DNA of 64,000 nucleotides from Myxococcota bacterium. GTDB taxonomy: Bacteria; Myxococcota_A; UBA796; CAJQPC01. Position 1 is the stretch's first letter. Each line of letters begins with the position of its first letter. Below, in pieces: positions 9,071-28,909 of this stretch. Location: the NCBI GenBank assembly GCA_036012755.1, contig DASCPX010000070.1, forward strand, positions 192,001 through 256,000. Reading direction: 5' to 3'. The notes beneath the pieces were generated by a model, which made no database searches, was not told the origin of the DNA, and saw only the letters and a program-made list of their open reading frames with translations. Made by a program: the position numbers and the translations under genes.

Positions 9071-10913
9071 ACTCCGCGTTCGCGACGTTCGTGTAGCCGC
9101 AGTAGGTGTAGCAGTAGTTCGGGCCGGGGCTTTGGCCAGTGCGCCCGTAGCCGTTGGAGACCCAGCTCCCGGTGACGCCGAACTTCGTGACCGAGGCGTC
9201 CGAGCTGTTCGTGTAGAGGGCCTGTGAGCTGGTGGTCGAGTACCAGTTCACGTGCAGGCTGAGCTCGGTCGTGTAGTCCGAGCCGCTGGGGTCCGCGGAC
9301 ATGATCAACAGTCCGTCCACCCCCCAGTCGCCGGAGTAGGCCGTCGCGTTGTTCTTGGAGTGGCTGCTGGCAGTGCCGGAGCAGGCATGGAGCGCCGTGT
9401 AGTTGTAGATGTTCGCTGGCTGGTTGTAGTTCGCGAACAGCAGACGCCGGCCCCCGCTGTCGTCTACGAGGCAGTCGAACTCCAAGGCGCCGTCGTCGTG
9501 AATCTGTGTGAAGAAGTCCTCGTCGTCCAAGAGGTAGGTGCCAGAGGTCAAGACCGTGCTGTCGGAGACCTGCACGACCTCGCCGATGAGCTCTGTGGTG
9601 CCGGCGGTGACGGGCATGAGGTTGCAGAAGTTGCCCTGGGTGGTGCTGTCGCCGGACAGATCCGTGTCGCCCCACTCCTCGGCGAGCAGCTTGTCGCGAG
9701 CCACGGACACGGAGCTCCACTCGCTGGAGTCGTAGCTGCTCGTGTCATAGGCGAAGCAGAGGGTCCACCCGCCGCCATCGGTGCTCATGTCGCACCAGGC
9801 GTCGAAGCTGCCGGCGCCGTCGGGATCGATGCTGTAGACCCCGTCGGTGGAGCTCGGCGCAACGGACAGGATCTCGTCGCAGGAGCCGCAGAGGCTGACG
9901 CTGGTGTCGGCGTCGTCGCAGTCGTCCCCGCCGCAGCTGGCGTCGGCGTAGCCGTCCCCGTCCGCGTCGTTGTCGACGCTGCCGTCGCAGTCGTAGTCCT
10001 CGCCGTCGCAGCCCGCCGTGGCGCCAGGGTTGTAGGCGGTGTCGCTGTCGTCGCAGTCGCCGCCGGTCGAGACGTAGTCGGAGCTGGGCCGGTCGCAGTC
10101 GCTCACTTCGTAGTCGTCGTCGCCGTAGCCGTCCCCGTCGTAGTCGAGGTACCAGCTCTTCTCGACGTCCTCGTCGACGTCTCCGTCGCAGTCGTTGTCC
10201 GCTTCGTCGCAGACCTCTTCGGCGCCGGGGTTGCTGCCGTCGTCTCCGTCGTCGCAGTCCGTGCCGTCCTCGACGTAGCCCTCGGGTCGGTCGCAGCTCT
10301 CCACCGTGTAGGCATCGGAGCCGTAGCCGTCGCCGTCGTAGTCGATGTTCCAGGTGCTCGCGTCCTCTGCGTCCTCGTCGACGTCCCCGTCGCAGTCGTC
10401 GTCGATCTCGTTGCAGGTCTCGCTGGCGCCGGGGTTGATCTGTGGGTCGTCGTCGTCACAGTCGCTGTCATCGTCGACGAGCCCGCCGCCGCCGTCGCAG
10501 TCGGTCTCGGTCACTTCAGGGTCGCCGAAGCCATCCCCGTCGCCGTCGACATGCCAGGTGTCACCCACGGCGTTGTCGGCTTCTCCGTCGCAGTCGTCGT
10601 CGAGCCCGTTGCAGATCTCCGTGGCCCCCGGGAAGACATCGTCGTCCTCGTCGTCGCAGTCGAGCGCTGCCTCGTAGCCATCGCCGTCGAGGTCGTCGTC
10701 CGGCGTGCTCTCGTTGCAGTCGTTGTCGAGGCCGTCGTAGGCGATCTCGTCGGCGCCGGGGTTCACGTCCGGGTCGCTGTCGTCGCAGTCGAGGTGCTCC
10801 TCCCAGCCGTCGCCGTCGACGTCGGTGACCGGCGGCGTCGAGTCCACCGGCGAGGTGTCGATGTAGGGGTAGTCTTTTGATCGGCAGGCGAGGGCGGCGA
10901 GGAGCAAGAGCAT
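9045..10913 (-). CDS. Lipoprotein with DCDD repeats, fibrinogen-like (NEC) module and a different C-terminal domain (paralog of 6341..8263)
   Basis: [14 protein letters not shown]; same repeat stalk; [28 protein letters not shown], then unrelated sequence. Confidence 0.85.
   Translation of the reverse strand: MLLLLAALACRSKDYPYIDTSPVDSTPPVTDVDGDGWEEHLDCDDSDPDVNPGADEIAYDGLDNDCNESTPDDDLDGDGYEAALDCDDEDDDVFPGATEICNGLDDDCDGEADNAVGDTWHVDGDGDGFGDPEVTETDCDGGGGLVDDDSDCDDDDPQINPGASETCNEIDDDCDGDVDEDAEDASTWNIDYDGDGYGSDAYTVESCDRPEGYVEDGTDCDDGDDGSNPGAEEVCDEADNDCDGDVDEDVEKSWYLDYDGDGYGDDDYEVSDCDRPSSDYVSTGGDCDDSDTAYNPGATAGCDGEDYDCDGSVDNDADGDGYADASCGGDDCDDADTSVSLCGSCDEILSVAPSSTDGVYSIDPDGAGSFDAWCDMSTDGGGWTLCFAYDTSSYDSSEWSSVSVARDKLLAEEWGDTDLSGDSTTQGNFCNLMPVTAGTTELIGEVVQVSDSTVLTSGTYLLDDEDFFTQIHDDGALEFDCLVDDSGGRRLLFANYNQPANIYNYTALHACSGTASSHSKNNATAYSGDWGVDGLLIMSADPSGSDYTTELSLHVNWYSTTSSQALYTNSSDASVTKFGVTGSWVSNGYGRTGQSPGPNYCYTYCGYTNVANAEFKQRLWVR
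9911..9962. repeat. 52-nt exact direct repeat, copy 2
   Basis: Identical to 7063-7114. Confidence 0.9.
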
Positions 10914-10930
10914 CTGCCGAGCCTACCGGA

Positions 10931-11032
10931 CTGATCGGGTCTCAAGGACCGCCAAACGGTCCTTGAGGCCTGATCAACCCCTCTGATCGGCCTCCAAGGA
11001 CCGTGCTGCGGTCCTTGGGCTCCGATCAACCC
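10931..11032. repeat. Two tandem REP-like imperfect palindromes (10931-10980, 10983-11032)
   Basis: CTGATCGGGTCTCAAGGACCG-CCAAA-CGGTCCTTGAGGCCTGATCAACCC and CTGATCGGCCTCCAAGGACCG-TGCTG-CGGTCCTTGGGCTCCGATCAACCC; 52-nt period; adjacent to a RAYT-like gene. Confidence 0.8.
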
Positions 11033-11801
11033 TGCTCGAGGGCTGGGTCAGGGCGATGAGGCGCCGGTCACCCAGGCAGATCCGCGCGGCCGGCGAGGGG
11101 GCCTCGCGCCAACTCCTGCGGACGGCGTGGGCTCCGACACCGGCCAACCGGGCGAGGAGTCCTGCATCTTGCCAGCCCTGCTCGTGCGCGAGACGGAAGA
11201 ACTCGGCGCGCGCCGGTCCCCGGTGACGAAGCCCGCCGAGCGGTGTGCGGGTCGCTGCGAGCGCCGCGCGGGCGATGTCCGCGATGGGCCGCGTCGCGAC
11301 CGGGCTCGGTGGTGAGGTGCGCGGGGGTGCCGTGCCGACCACGGAGACGTGGGGATCCGAGGACACGTAGGCGTGGTGCCGGTCGGCGGAGCCCTCGATC
11401 CGAAGCAGCCGGGCCCGGTCCAGCCAGGGGTCCATCGCGGCCCCGAAGACCTCGCGGTGGGTGCTCCAGACCCACTCCAGCGGATCGTTGCAGAGCTCCG
11501 CGCGGCAGGGGTTGAGCGCGATGTAGCGAATGTCCCGGCGGACCTTGACTCGCCCCACAGCCTCGCTGAAGTCCACGTTCACGCCGCGCCAGCCTCGCAT
11601 CCTTCGCAACGATCGGCCGAGCCAGAGCGCTTCTTCTCGGCCGTCGATCTCCTCGACGAGCACGTGGAGGTGATTCCCCATGAGGCAGGCGGCGAGGACG
11701 CGGGGCCATCGAGAGCGCATGGCGGCCCAGGTCCGACGGCGGCACGAGGGATCGGCGAGCGGGAATCCGGCGGAGCGGGCGGTGAGCTGTGTGGCATGCA
11801 T
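10974..11801 (-). mobile_element. REP-associated tyrosine transposase-like (RAYT / IS200-type HUH Y1) protein
   Basis: CLMGNHLHVLV (HUH), RYIALNP (catalytic Tyr), PLEWVWST, and a C-terminal helical extension. ATG at 11801. Confidence 0.78.
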
Positions 11802-11813
11802 GCCAAGCCGCAC

Positions 11814-11829
11814 AGCAAGCGCCGCGCCA
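11814..11829 (-). promoter_or_regulatory. Sigma-54-type -24/-12 promoter element
   Basis: Minus strand reads TGGCGCG-GCGC-TTGCT versus consensus TGGCACG-N4-TTGC(A/T). The predicted start site falls about 2 nt before ATG 11801. Confidence 0.6.
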
Positions 11830-11912
11830 GCCCCAGGTCCCCGAGATCACTTGCCCGCTCGTCCGCTCTCTGGCGGTTGGCCGTCACCAGCTGGAGCAGA
11901 AAGCGCCAGGCC

Positions 11913-13385
11913 CTACTCGGCGACGAAGCGGATCGCTGATCCGACAGCGCCCATGCAGCGATCCGTGATCTCTCCGTCCACGACGGTGACGTTCAGCGCC
12001 CGGTCGTAGCGGTCGGGCACGAAGAAGGAGGCCAGGGCGTCGTCGTCGGCGGGCATGCACTGGAGCTGGTCGGGGAGCCAGGCCTCCGGGTCGCACTTGG
12101 ACGCGTCGAAGAGCACGTCCTGGTCAGCGAGCTCTGCAAACAGCGTGGCCAGGCCGACGAAGTCCTCTGCGCCGGTCCTGGACACCTGGGTCGCCAAGTC
12201 GCGGATCAGGTCGGCCTCCTCGTCGTCCAGGCCCGGGGCGATGAGGGGCTCTGTCACCACCGGGTAGAACCAGTCCCCCGGCATGACCGTCAGGGTGGTC
12301 GAGAGCTCGAAGTCGTCGCTGTCGATTTCTTCTTCGACCAGGACCTGGCCCAGCTCCGCGTCCTCGATGTCCTCCTCGGTGGAGGCCCCCCCGGTGCGGA
12401 TCTGCAGCTCTCCGCCGGACGCGCGACCCACCCGGACCAGGAGCGTGATCTCCTCGCCATCGGCTGGGATCGGGACCTCGTCGCCCATCTGCCAGCTCCC
12501 CGAGTTCGTCTCCACCTCCACGAGCACCTGGGCCGAGGCCGGCGTCCTCGACACGAAGCTGTGGCGGTCGCCCAGGCCGTCGAGCAGGGCACCTTCGGTC
12601 TCTCCGTCGCTGCGGATCCAGGTCGTCGGGAAGCCAGGGAGCAGCACTGCGTGACGGTCGCTGCCTCCGATCACGGCGAGGTGCCGGCCGATGGCCAGCT
12701 GGGCCTCGTACCAGGTGAGGCTCTGGTCCGAGGCGAGGCCGCCCTGGTGCTGCACGGCCCGTCGGAAGGTGGCCCCGGCGTCCCCATGGCTGGCCTCCCA
12801 GGCTTCGAGATCCTCTGTCCGGAAGGGCGGCGCCATGAGCGCCCAGCCGCTGTTCCAGACCTCTACAGCGTCCTGGTCGGTCGTGTCCCAGGGCCAGGGG
12901 ATGTCTCGCAGGAAGGGGTGGTTGGGCGAAAACAGCGCCCCCTGGTCGTGGGTCGCGACGATGGCCAGCAGCGCGTCCTCCAGGGTCACGCCGTCGTCGT
13001 CGGGATCGTGATCGACGAACTCGTGGACGCCGTGGAGCCCAGCGTGCCCAGTGCTGCCGTACTCCTCGCCACCGATGAGCACCAGCGAGTCGCTCTGGTA
13101 GCCCTCGTCCTGCTGCTGATCGACCATGCGGTGGTCGGTCAGGGACACGAAGTCCAGCTCGTTCTCGCGGTACTCGGGGTGGGCCTCCTGGAAGGCAGGC
13201 TCGGCGAGCGAGGCGGCCAGCGCGAGGTTGGTGGCGACGTCCTCGAAGCCGCCCTCGTAGTCGCTGTGGACGTGGAGGTCGCCGCGCAGCCAGCCGTCGG
13301 CGCGGAGAGCGATCCCGGGGGTGGGCTCGGAGGGCACGGACGAGTCCTCGACCGTGGGTTTGCAGGCCAACAGTGCGATGAGCAT
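11913..13385 (-). CDS. PHP-fold metallohydrolase (CehA/McbA-like), predicted lipoprotein
   Basis: MLIALLAC; WLRGDLHVHS, FVSLTDH, GEEY, NHP, VEVWN, GGSDRH. Confidence 0.82.
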   Translation of the reverse strand: MLIALLACKPTVEDSSVPSEPTPGIALRADGWLRGDLHVHSDYEGGFEDVATNLALAASLAEPAFQEAHPEYRENELDFVSLTDHRMVDQQQDEGYQSDSLVLIGGEEYGSTGHAGLHGVHEFVDHDPDDDGVTLEDALLAIVATHDQGALFSPNHPFLRDIPWPWDTTDQDAVEVWNSGWALMAPPFRTEDLEAWEASHGDAGATFRRAVQHQGGLASDQSLTWYEAQLAIGRHLAVIGGSDRHAVLLPGFPTTWIRSDGETEGALLDGLGDRHSFVSRTPASAQVLVEVETNSGSWQMGDEVPIPADGEEITLLVRVGRASGGELQIRTGGASTEEDIEDAELGQVLVEEEIDSDDFELSTTLTVMPGDWFYPVVTEPLIAPGLDDEEADLIRDLATQVSRTGAEDFVGLATLFAELADQDVLFDASKCDPEAWLPDQLQCMPADDDALASFFVPDRYDRALNVTVVDGEITDRCMGAVGSAIRFVAE

Positions 13386-13409
13386 GTGGCCCTCTATCGC
13401 GCCGACCGC

Positions 13410-14543
13410 TCAGTCCTCGACGGCGGCCAGCACGTACTCGATCACCAGGTCGTGGGCGTCGTAGTCCGGGGCGTAGTCACGGGTGTTGGTCGTCACGACC
13501 ACGACGATGTCCTGCTCGGGCAGCAGGTAGACCAGCTGGCCGCCATAGCCCCAGGCCACGGCGAACTCGTGGTCCCCTGGGCGCCACAGCCACCAGAGGT
13601 AGCCGTAGCCGTGGCCCCAGCCGGCGTCCTGGTGCCACTGGTGGCTTGCCTCCAGCCAGTCCGCCGAGACGATCTGCTGGCCCTCCCAGCTCCCGCCGTC
13701 GAGGGCGAGCTGGCCGAAGCGAGCCAGCTCACGGGGGACCATCGCCACCCCGTAGCCGCCGGAGAAGTAGCCCTGGGGGTCGCGGCTCCAGTGCTCCGCC
13801 TCTGCGCCCAGTGGGTCCAGCAGCCGCTCGTGGGCGAGGTCGCAGAGGCTCCAGCCCGTGGCGTGGGCCAGGGCCGCCCCGAGGAGGTGGGTGGAGCCGG
13901 TGCTGTACTCGAAATGCTCCCCCGGTGTGTGGTCCTGGGGCAGGGCCAGGTAGGCAGCCAGCCAGTCCTCCTCGTCCTCGATCTCGTACTCCGTCTCGTC
14001 CTCGGTCCACGCCAGCCCCGAGCTCATCGTGAGCAGGTGCTCCACCGTGATGTCCCGCTTGCCGGGCTCCAGGCCCTCGAAGAGCTCCGGGAGCAGCTCG
14101 TCCACCGGCTGATCGAGCTCCATCTCTCCGCCCTCGATCGCCTGGCCGACCAGGAGCCCGAGCATGCTCTTGCTCGCCGAGTGGATGCTGTCGCTCTGGG
14201 TCTGGCTGGCGCCGTTGAAGCTCTCCTCGAGCACGACGTGTCCGTGTCGCAGGACCAGCAGGCTCCAGGCGAAGGGCTCGCCGGCCAGCTCGTCGGCTGC
14301 CCCCCCAAGGACCTCGGAGTCCAGGCCCTGCTCCTCTGGAGTGCTGCTGGGCAGCAGCTCTTCGACCTCGTCGGTGTAGCTCGGGTTGTCCTCGTAGAAG
14401 CCCGTGATGCTGGAGGGCCCAAGGGCCTCGCAGCGGCTGCTGACGGCGATGACAGGATCCTCGACCGGCTCCTCGATGACGGTGCGTCCCGGCGTCTCCC
14501 CCTGTCCTTGCACGCAGGCCAGCATCGCCGCGAGGGTGTTCAC
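13410..14543 (-). CDS. Serine hydrolase, beta-lactamase class C / NylB-like, predicted lipoprotein
   Basis: SASKS (SxxK), LLTMSSG, FEYST, YGYLWW, AWGYGGQ; starts MNTLAAMLAC. Confidence 0.85.
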   Translation of the reverse strand: MNTLAAMLACVQGQGETPGRTVIEEPVEDPVIAVSSRCEALGPSSITGFYEDNPSYTDEVEELLPSSTPEEQGLDSEVLGGAADELAGEPFAWSLLVLRHGHVVLEESFNGASQTQSDSIHSASKSMLGLLVGQAIEGGEMELDQPVDELLPELFEGLEPGKRDITVEHLLTMSSGLAWTEDETEYEIEDEEDWLAAYLALPQDHTPGEHFEYSTGSTHLLGAALAHATGWSLCDLAHERLLDPLGAEAEHWSRDPQGYFSGGYGVAMVPRELARFGQLALDGGSWEGQQIVSADWLEASHQWHQDAGWGHGYGYLWWLWRPGDHEFAVAWGYGGQLVYLLPEQDIVVVVTTNTRDYAPDYDAHDLVIEYVLAAVED

Positions 14544-14555
14544 CCGACCATTGTG

Positions 14556-16163
14556 TCAGCTCGCGACCAGGGTCTTCTGTCCAGGTCGGTAGCTTCCGCG
14601 AACATCCGGGCTGTCCATCACCCGAGCGAGCTCCGCAAAGCCCGGGTGACGCTCCGCCTTCAAGACCAGCAGCGAGGCGTTGCTCGCCGCCTTGACCGCG
14701 ATGGGCACGCCACCTCCGTACTCCGCCCAGTGGCCGCTGAGGAACATGTTCGGCACCGGGGTCTCGTAGTGGGCGACCCCGGCCTTGATGTTCTGCTTGT
14801 TGGGCCTGGCCGCCATGATGCTGCCGCCCCGGTTGTGCGTGTAGCGCCAGTGCGTGATCGGCGTGGCCACGTCCATGAGCTCGATGTGGCCGCGCAGACC
14901 GGGCGCAAGCGTTCGCTCGACCCGCTCGATCAGCACCGAGGCGTAGTCCTTCTTGGCTTCTCTGTACTCGGCGGTGCGCTCGTTTCCGGGACCGAGCTTC
15001 CAGTCCTGGTCCATGGTCGCCGAGCAGTAGATCGTGAGCGTGCCCTTGCCCTCTGGCGCCAGCGATCGGTCTCGGAAGGATGGAGCCAGCACGCTCAGTC
15101 CGGCGAGCTGGGGGTCGCCCTTGCCGTAGTCCTCGCGAGCGTGGCCCGCGTCTGTGAGGAAGACGAACTCCTCGTCGAAGCCGAGCTCCTCCACCGGGCA
15201 GTCCAGGCCCAGGTTCACCGACACCGACGAGGGGTAGAGATCGGCACCACGGATCTTCTCGAGCATCGGCTCCGGCACGGTGCCGGCTGGCAACATGCGC
15301 TCGTAGACCGTCTCCAGGTCGCAGGCAGCGAGCACGTAGCGACAGCGCACGACCTCGTCTTCGTGTGTGCGCACGCCGACGGCGAGGCCGTCCTCCAGCA
15401 GGATCTCCTCGACGCGACGCCTCAGCACCACGTGGCCGCCGTTTCCTCGGATCTGCTCGACGAGCCAGCGCGGGAAGGCCATCGAACCACCCTTCGGCGG
15501 CGCCTGGTAGTCCCCGAAATAGGCCCAGCCCAAGGGCACGAGGATCGACAGGAAGTCGAGCTCGGAGCACCACAGCTGCGCCAGGTCCGGCTCGAGCCCG
15601 AGCTCGGAGAGGCCCTCGACGGCCGTCTTCTTGTAGACCCGGATGAAGGGCAGGCCCCAGAAACTCAGGCGCATGCCGGCGTAGGCCTTGCCGAAGATGT
15701 TCCGGGTCTCGAAGGCCCGGTTGAACTCGGCGTAGCGAGCCATGCGGTCGCCGATCACCCGGGCCTTGTCGAAGAGCTCGTGCACCCCCCTGGCGGAGCT
15801 CGGAAAGTCCCGACACAAGGCCTCGCGCAGCTGGTCCGGCTCGTCGGTCAACAGGTAGTCCAGCTCTCCGCAGCGGACCCGACGGATCCGGTGCAGCGGC
15901 GGGCAGCTGGGGTGGTCGCGATCGATGTGGCCGAAGACCTTGTGGACGAAGCCCCCCGGCCCGCACTGGTTGAGCCAGTGGATCGCCGAGTCGAACTGGA
16001 ACCGCTTGCGCTCGAAGCCGGCGAGGTAGCCCCCAGGCTTGAGCTCCGGCTCGATGACGCAGACGCTCATGCCGGCCTTGCTCAGGAGCGCCCCCGCCGT
16101 GAGCCCGCCGATGCCACCGCCGACTACGACTACGTCCACCTGTGCAGGGATGTCGGGCTTCAC
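14556..16163 (-). CDS. FAD-dependent oxidoreductase, phytoene-desaturase (CrtI) / retinol-saturase-like family
   Basis: VVVVGGGIGGL, PGGY, FDSAIHW, PKGG, LAPEGK, ATPITHWRYT..GS, LSGHW..GGGVP. GTG start at 16163. Confidence 0.85.
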   Translation of the reverse strand: MKPDIPAQVDVVVVGGGIGGLTAGALLSKAGMSVCVIEPELKPGGYLAGFERKRFQFDSAIHWLNQCGPGGFVHKVFGHIDRDHPSCPPLHRIRRVRCGELDYLLTDEPDQLREALCRDFPSSARGVHELFDKARVIGDRMARYAEFNRAFETRNIFGKAYAGMRLSFWGLPFIRVYKKTAVEGLSELGLEPDLAQLWCSELDFLSILVPLGWAYFGDYQAPPKGGSMAFPRWLVEQIRGNGGHVVLRRRVEEILLEDGLAVGVRTHEDEVVRCRYVLAACDLETVYERMLPAGTVPEPMLEKIRGADLYPSSVSVNLGLDCPVEELGFDEEFVFLTDAGHAREDYGKGDPQLAGLSVLAPSFRDRSLAPEGKGTLTIYCSATMDQDWKLGPGNERTAEYREAKKDYASVLIERVERTLAPGLRGHIELMDVATPITHWRYTHNRGGSIMAARPNKQNIKAGVAHYETPVPNMFLSGHWAEYGGGVPIAVKAASNASLLVLKAERHPGFAELARVMDSPDVRGSYRPGQKTLVAS

Positions 16164-16285
16164 GCGGACGCCGATAGCACGCCCGGCCCAGCGGCGAGTG
16201 CCCCGTCGTCCCAACCGGAATAGACGTGCGCGCTCAGGAAGGTCGCACAATCACGCCAGAACAGCCAACCACAGCTCTCGAACCG

Positions 16286-17446
16286 GTGAACCACAAGACG
16301 TGGTTCTTCTGGAGGACCCTCGGTCGCCTCGCGCAGGGGCCTCTCTTCCGCTTGCGCACGCGGCGCCTGGCTCCCACGCCGTCGAGTGGTCCCCTCGTTC
16401 TGCTCGGCAACCACGCCGGCTTCGCCGACCCCTTCGTGATGGCTCTGTCGATGGCGCGGCCTGTGCACTTCATGGCCTCCGAGCAGCTCTTTCGCCACCC
16501 TCGAATCGGGCCGCTGATCCGCGGCGTGGGAGCCTTCCCCAAGGCCAAGTACGCGCGGGACAAGGCGGCCATCGCCAAGGTCCGGCTCCACACCGAGGCG
16601 GGCCACATCGTCGCCCTGTTCCCCGAAGGAAACCGGAGCTGGGACGGGCGCCCTCAGCCAGTCCTCCCGGGGCTGGGCTGGCTGCTCAAGAAGATCGACT
16701 GCCCTGTCGTCTTCGTTCGCAACCTCACGGGCTGGCTCGGCCACCCCCGGTGGGCCCAGTACCCCCGATACCTTCCGCTGCGGCTCGAGCTCAGCGAGCC
16801 GGTCACCTTCCCAGAAGACTGGTCCACCCAGCAGATCGAGGAGGAGTGCTCCCGGCGCATCGCCATCGACCCGGACACCATCGAGCTCGAGGGCTTCACC
16901 TGGAGCTACAAGCTGGCCCACGGGCTGCCGGTCTACCTCTGGGCCTGCCCGAGCTGTTTCGCGATGGACAGCCTGGCCGCGGACGGCGACCGCTTGCGCT
17001 GCGGCGGCTGTGGTGACGGTTGGACGATCGACGCGCTCACGCGTCTCCACCCGGATGGCGAGGGCGAGTTCACGACCGTCGCGAAGGCCTACGACCGCAT
17101 CATCGAGCACTTCGGCGAGCTCCCCACCGTCGACAGCGACCGCTTCGTCGACACCGGCGTGGCGCTGGAGGCCGACCGGCTGCGCGTCCTCCGCGTCGAT
17201 GGCACCGAGCTCTACGACGAGGCCGAGGGCGCCGCGATGCTGAGCAACAGCAGGCTCGTGGTCGGCGAGTGGTTCCTCCCACTCAAGGACCTGAAGGCCA
17301 TCTCCATCGAGCTGGGAAACAAGCTGCAGCTGCGCTGCGCTGACACCCTCTACCAGCTCGAGACCGACAGCCCGCTCAAGTGGGAACACTTCCTGACCGC
17401 ACACCACGCCGCGAGCCGCCCACGCCGCCGCGGCCGACGACGCTGA
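16286..17446 (+). CDS. Lysophospholipid (PlsC-like) acyltransferase with zinc-ribbon and C-terminal extension
   Basis: NHAGFAD (HX4D), VHFMA, LFPEGNRS; CPSC...CGGC. Start uncertain (16226 or 16286). Confidence 0.85.
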   Translation: MNHKTWFFWRTLGRLAQGPLFRLRTRRLAPTPSSGPLVLLGNHAGFADPFVMALSMARPVHFMASEQLFRHPRIGPLIRGVGAFPKAKYARDKAAIAKVRLHTEAGHIVALFPEGNRSWDGRPQPVLPGLGWLLKKIDCPVVFVRNLTGWLGHPRWAQYPRYLPLRLELSEPVTFPEDWSTQQIEEECSRRIAIDPDTIELEGFTWSYKLAHGLPVYLWACPSCFAMDSLAADGDRLRCGGCGDGWTIDALTRLHPDGEGEFTTVAKAYDRIIEHFGELPTVDSDRFVDTGVALEADRLRVLRVDGTELYDEAEGAAMLSNSRLVVGEWFLPLKDLKAISIELGNKLQLRCADTLYQLETDSPLKWEHFLTAHHAASRPRRRGRRR

Positions 17447-17458
17447 GAGACCGAGACT

Positions 17459-28846
<11,388 letters not shown>

Positions 28847-28909
28847 TCGCTGGGCCAGCACCACAGCGGCCCACGCTTGCGGTAGGGTCGCCGACCCGCG
28901 GAGGTCCCC

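Noticed and set aside
6341..10913. Diversity-generating retroelement (TR/VR pair)
   Set aside because: No reverse transcriptase in the window, the shared block is identical rather than A-variable, and it is not in the C-terminal tip.
10931..11032. Palindromic repeats as a CRISPR array
   Set aside because: Only two units, no unique spacers and no cas genes. The adjacent RAYT-like gene explains them better.
14556..16163. Carotenoid biosynthesis (crtI)
   Set aside because: Family-level similarity only; no crtB, crtE or crtY nearby.
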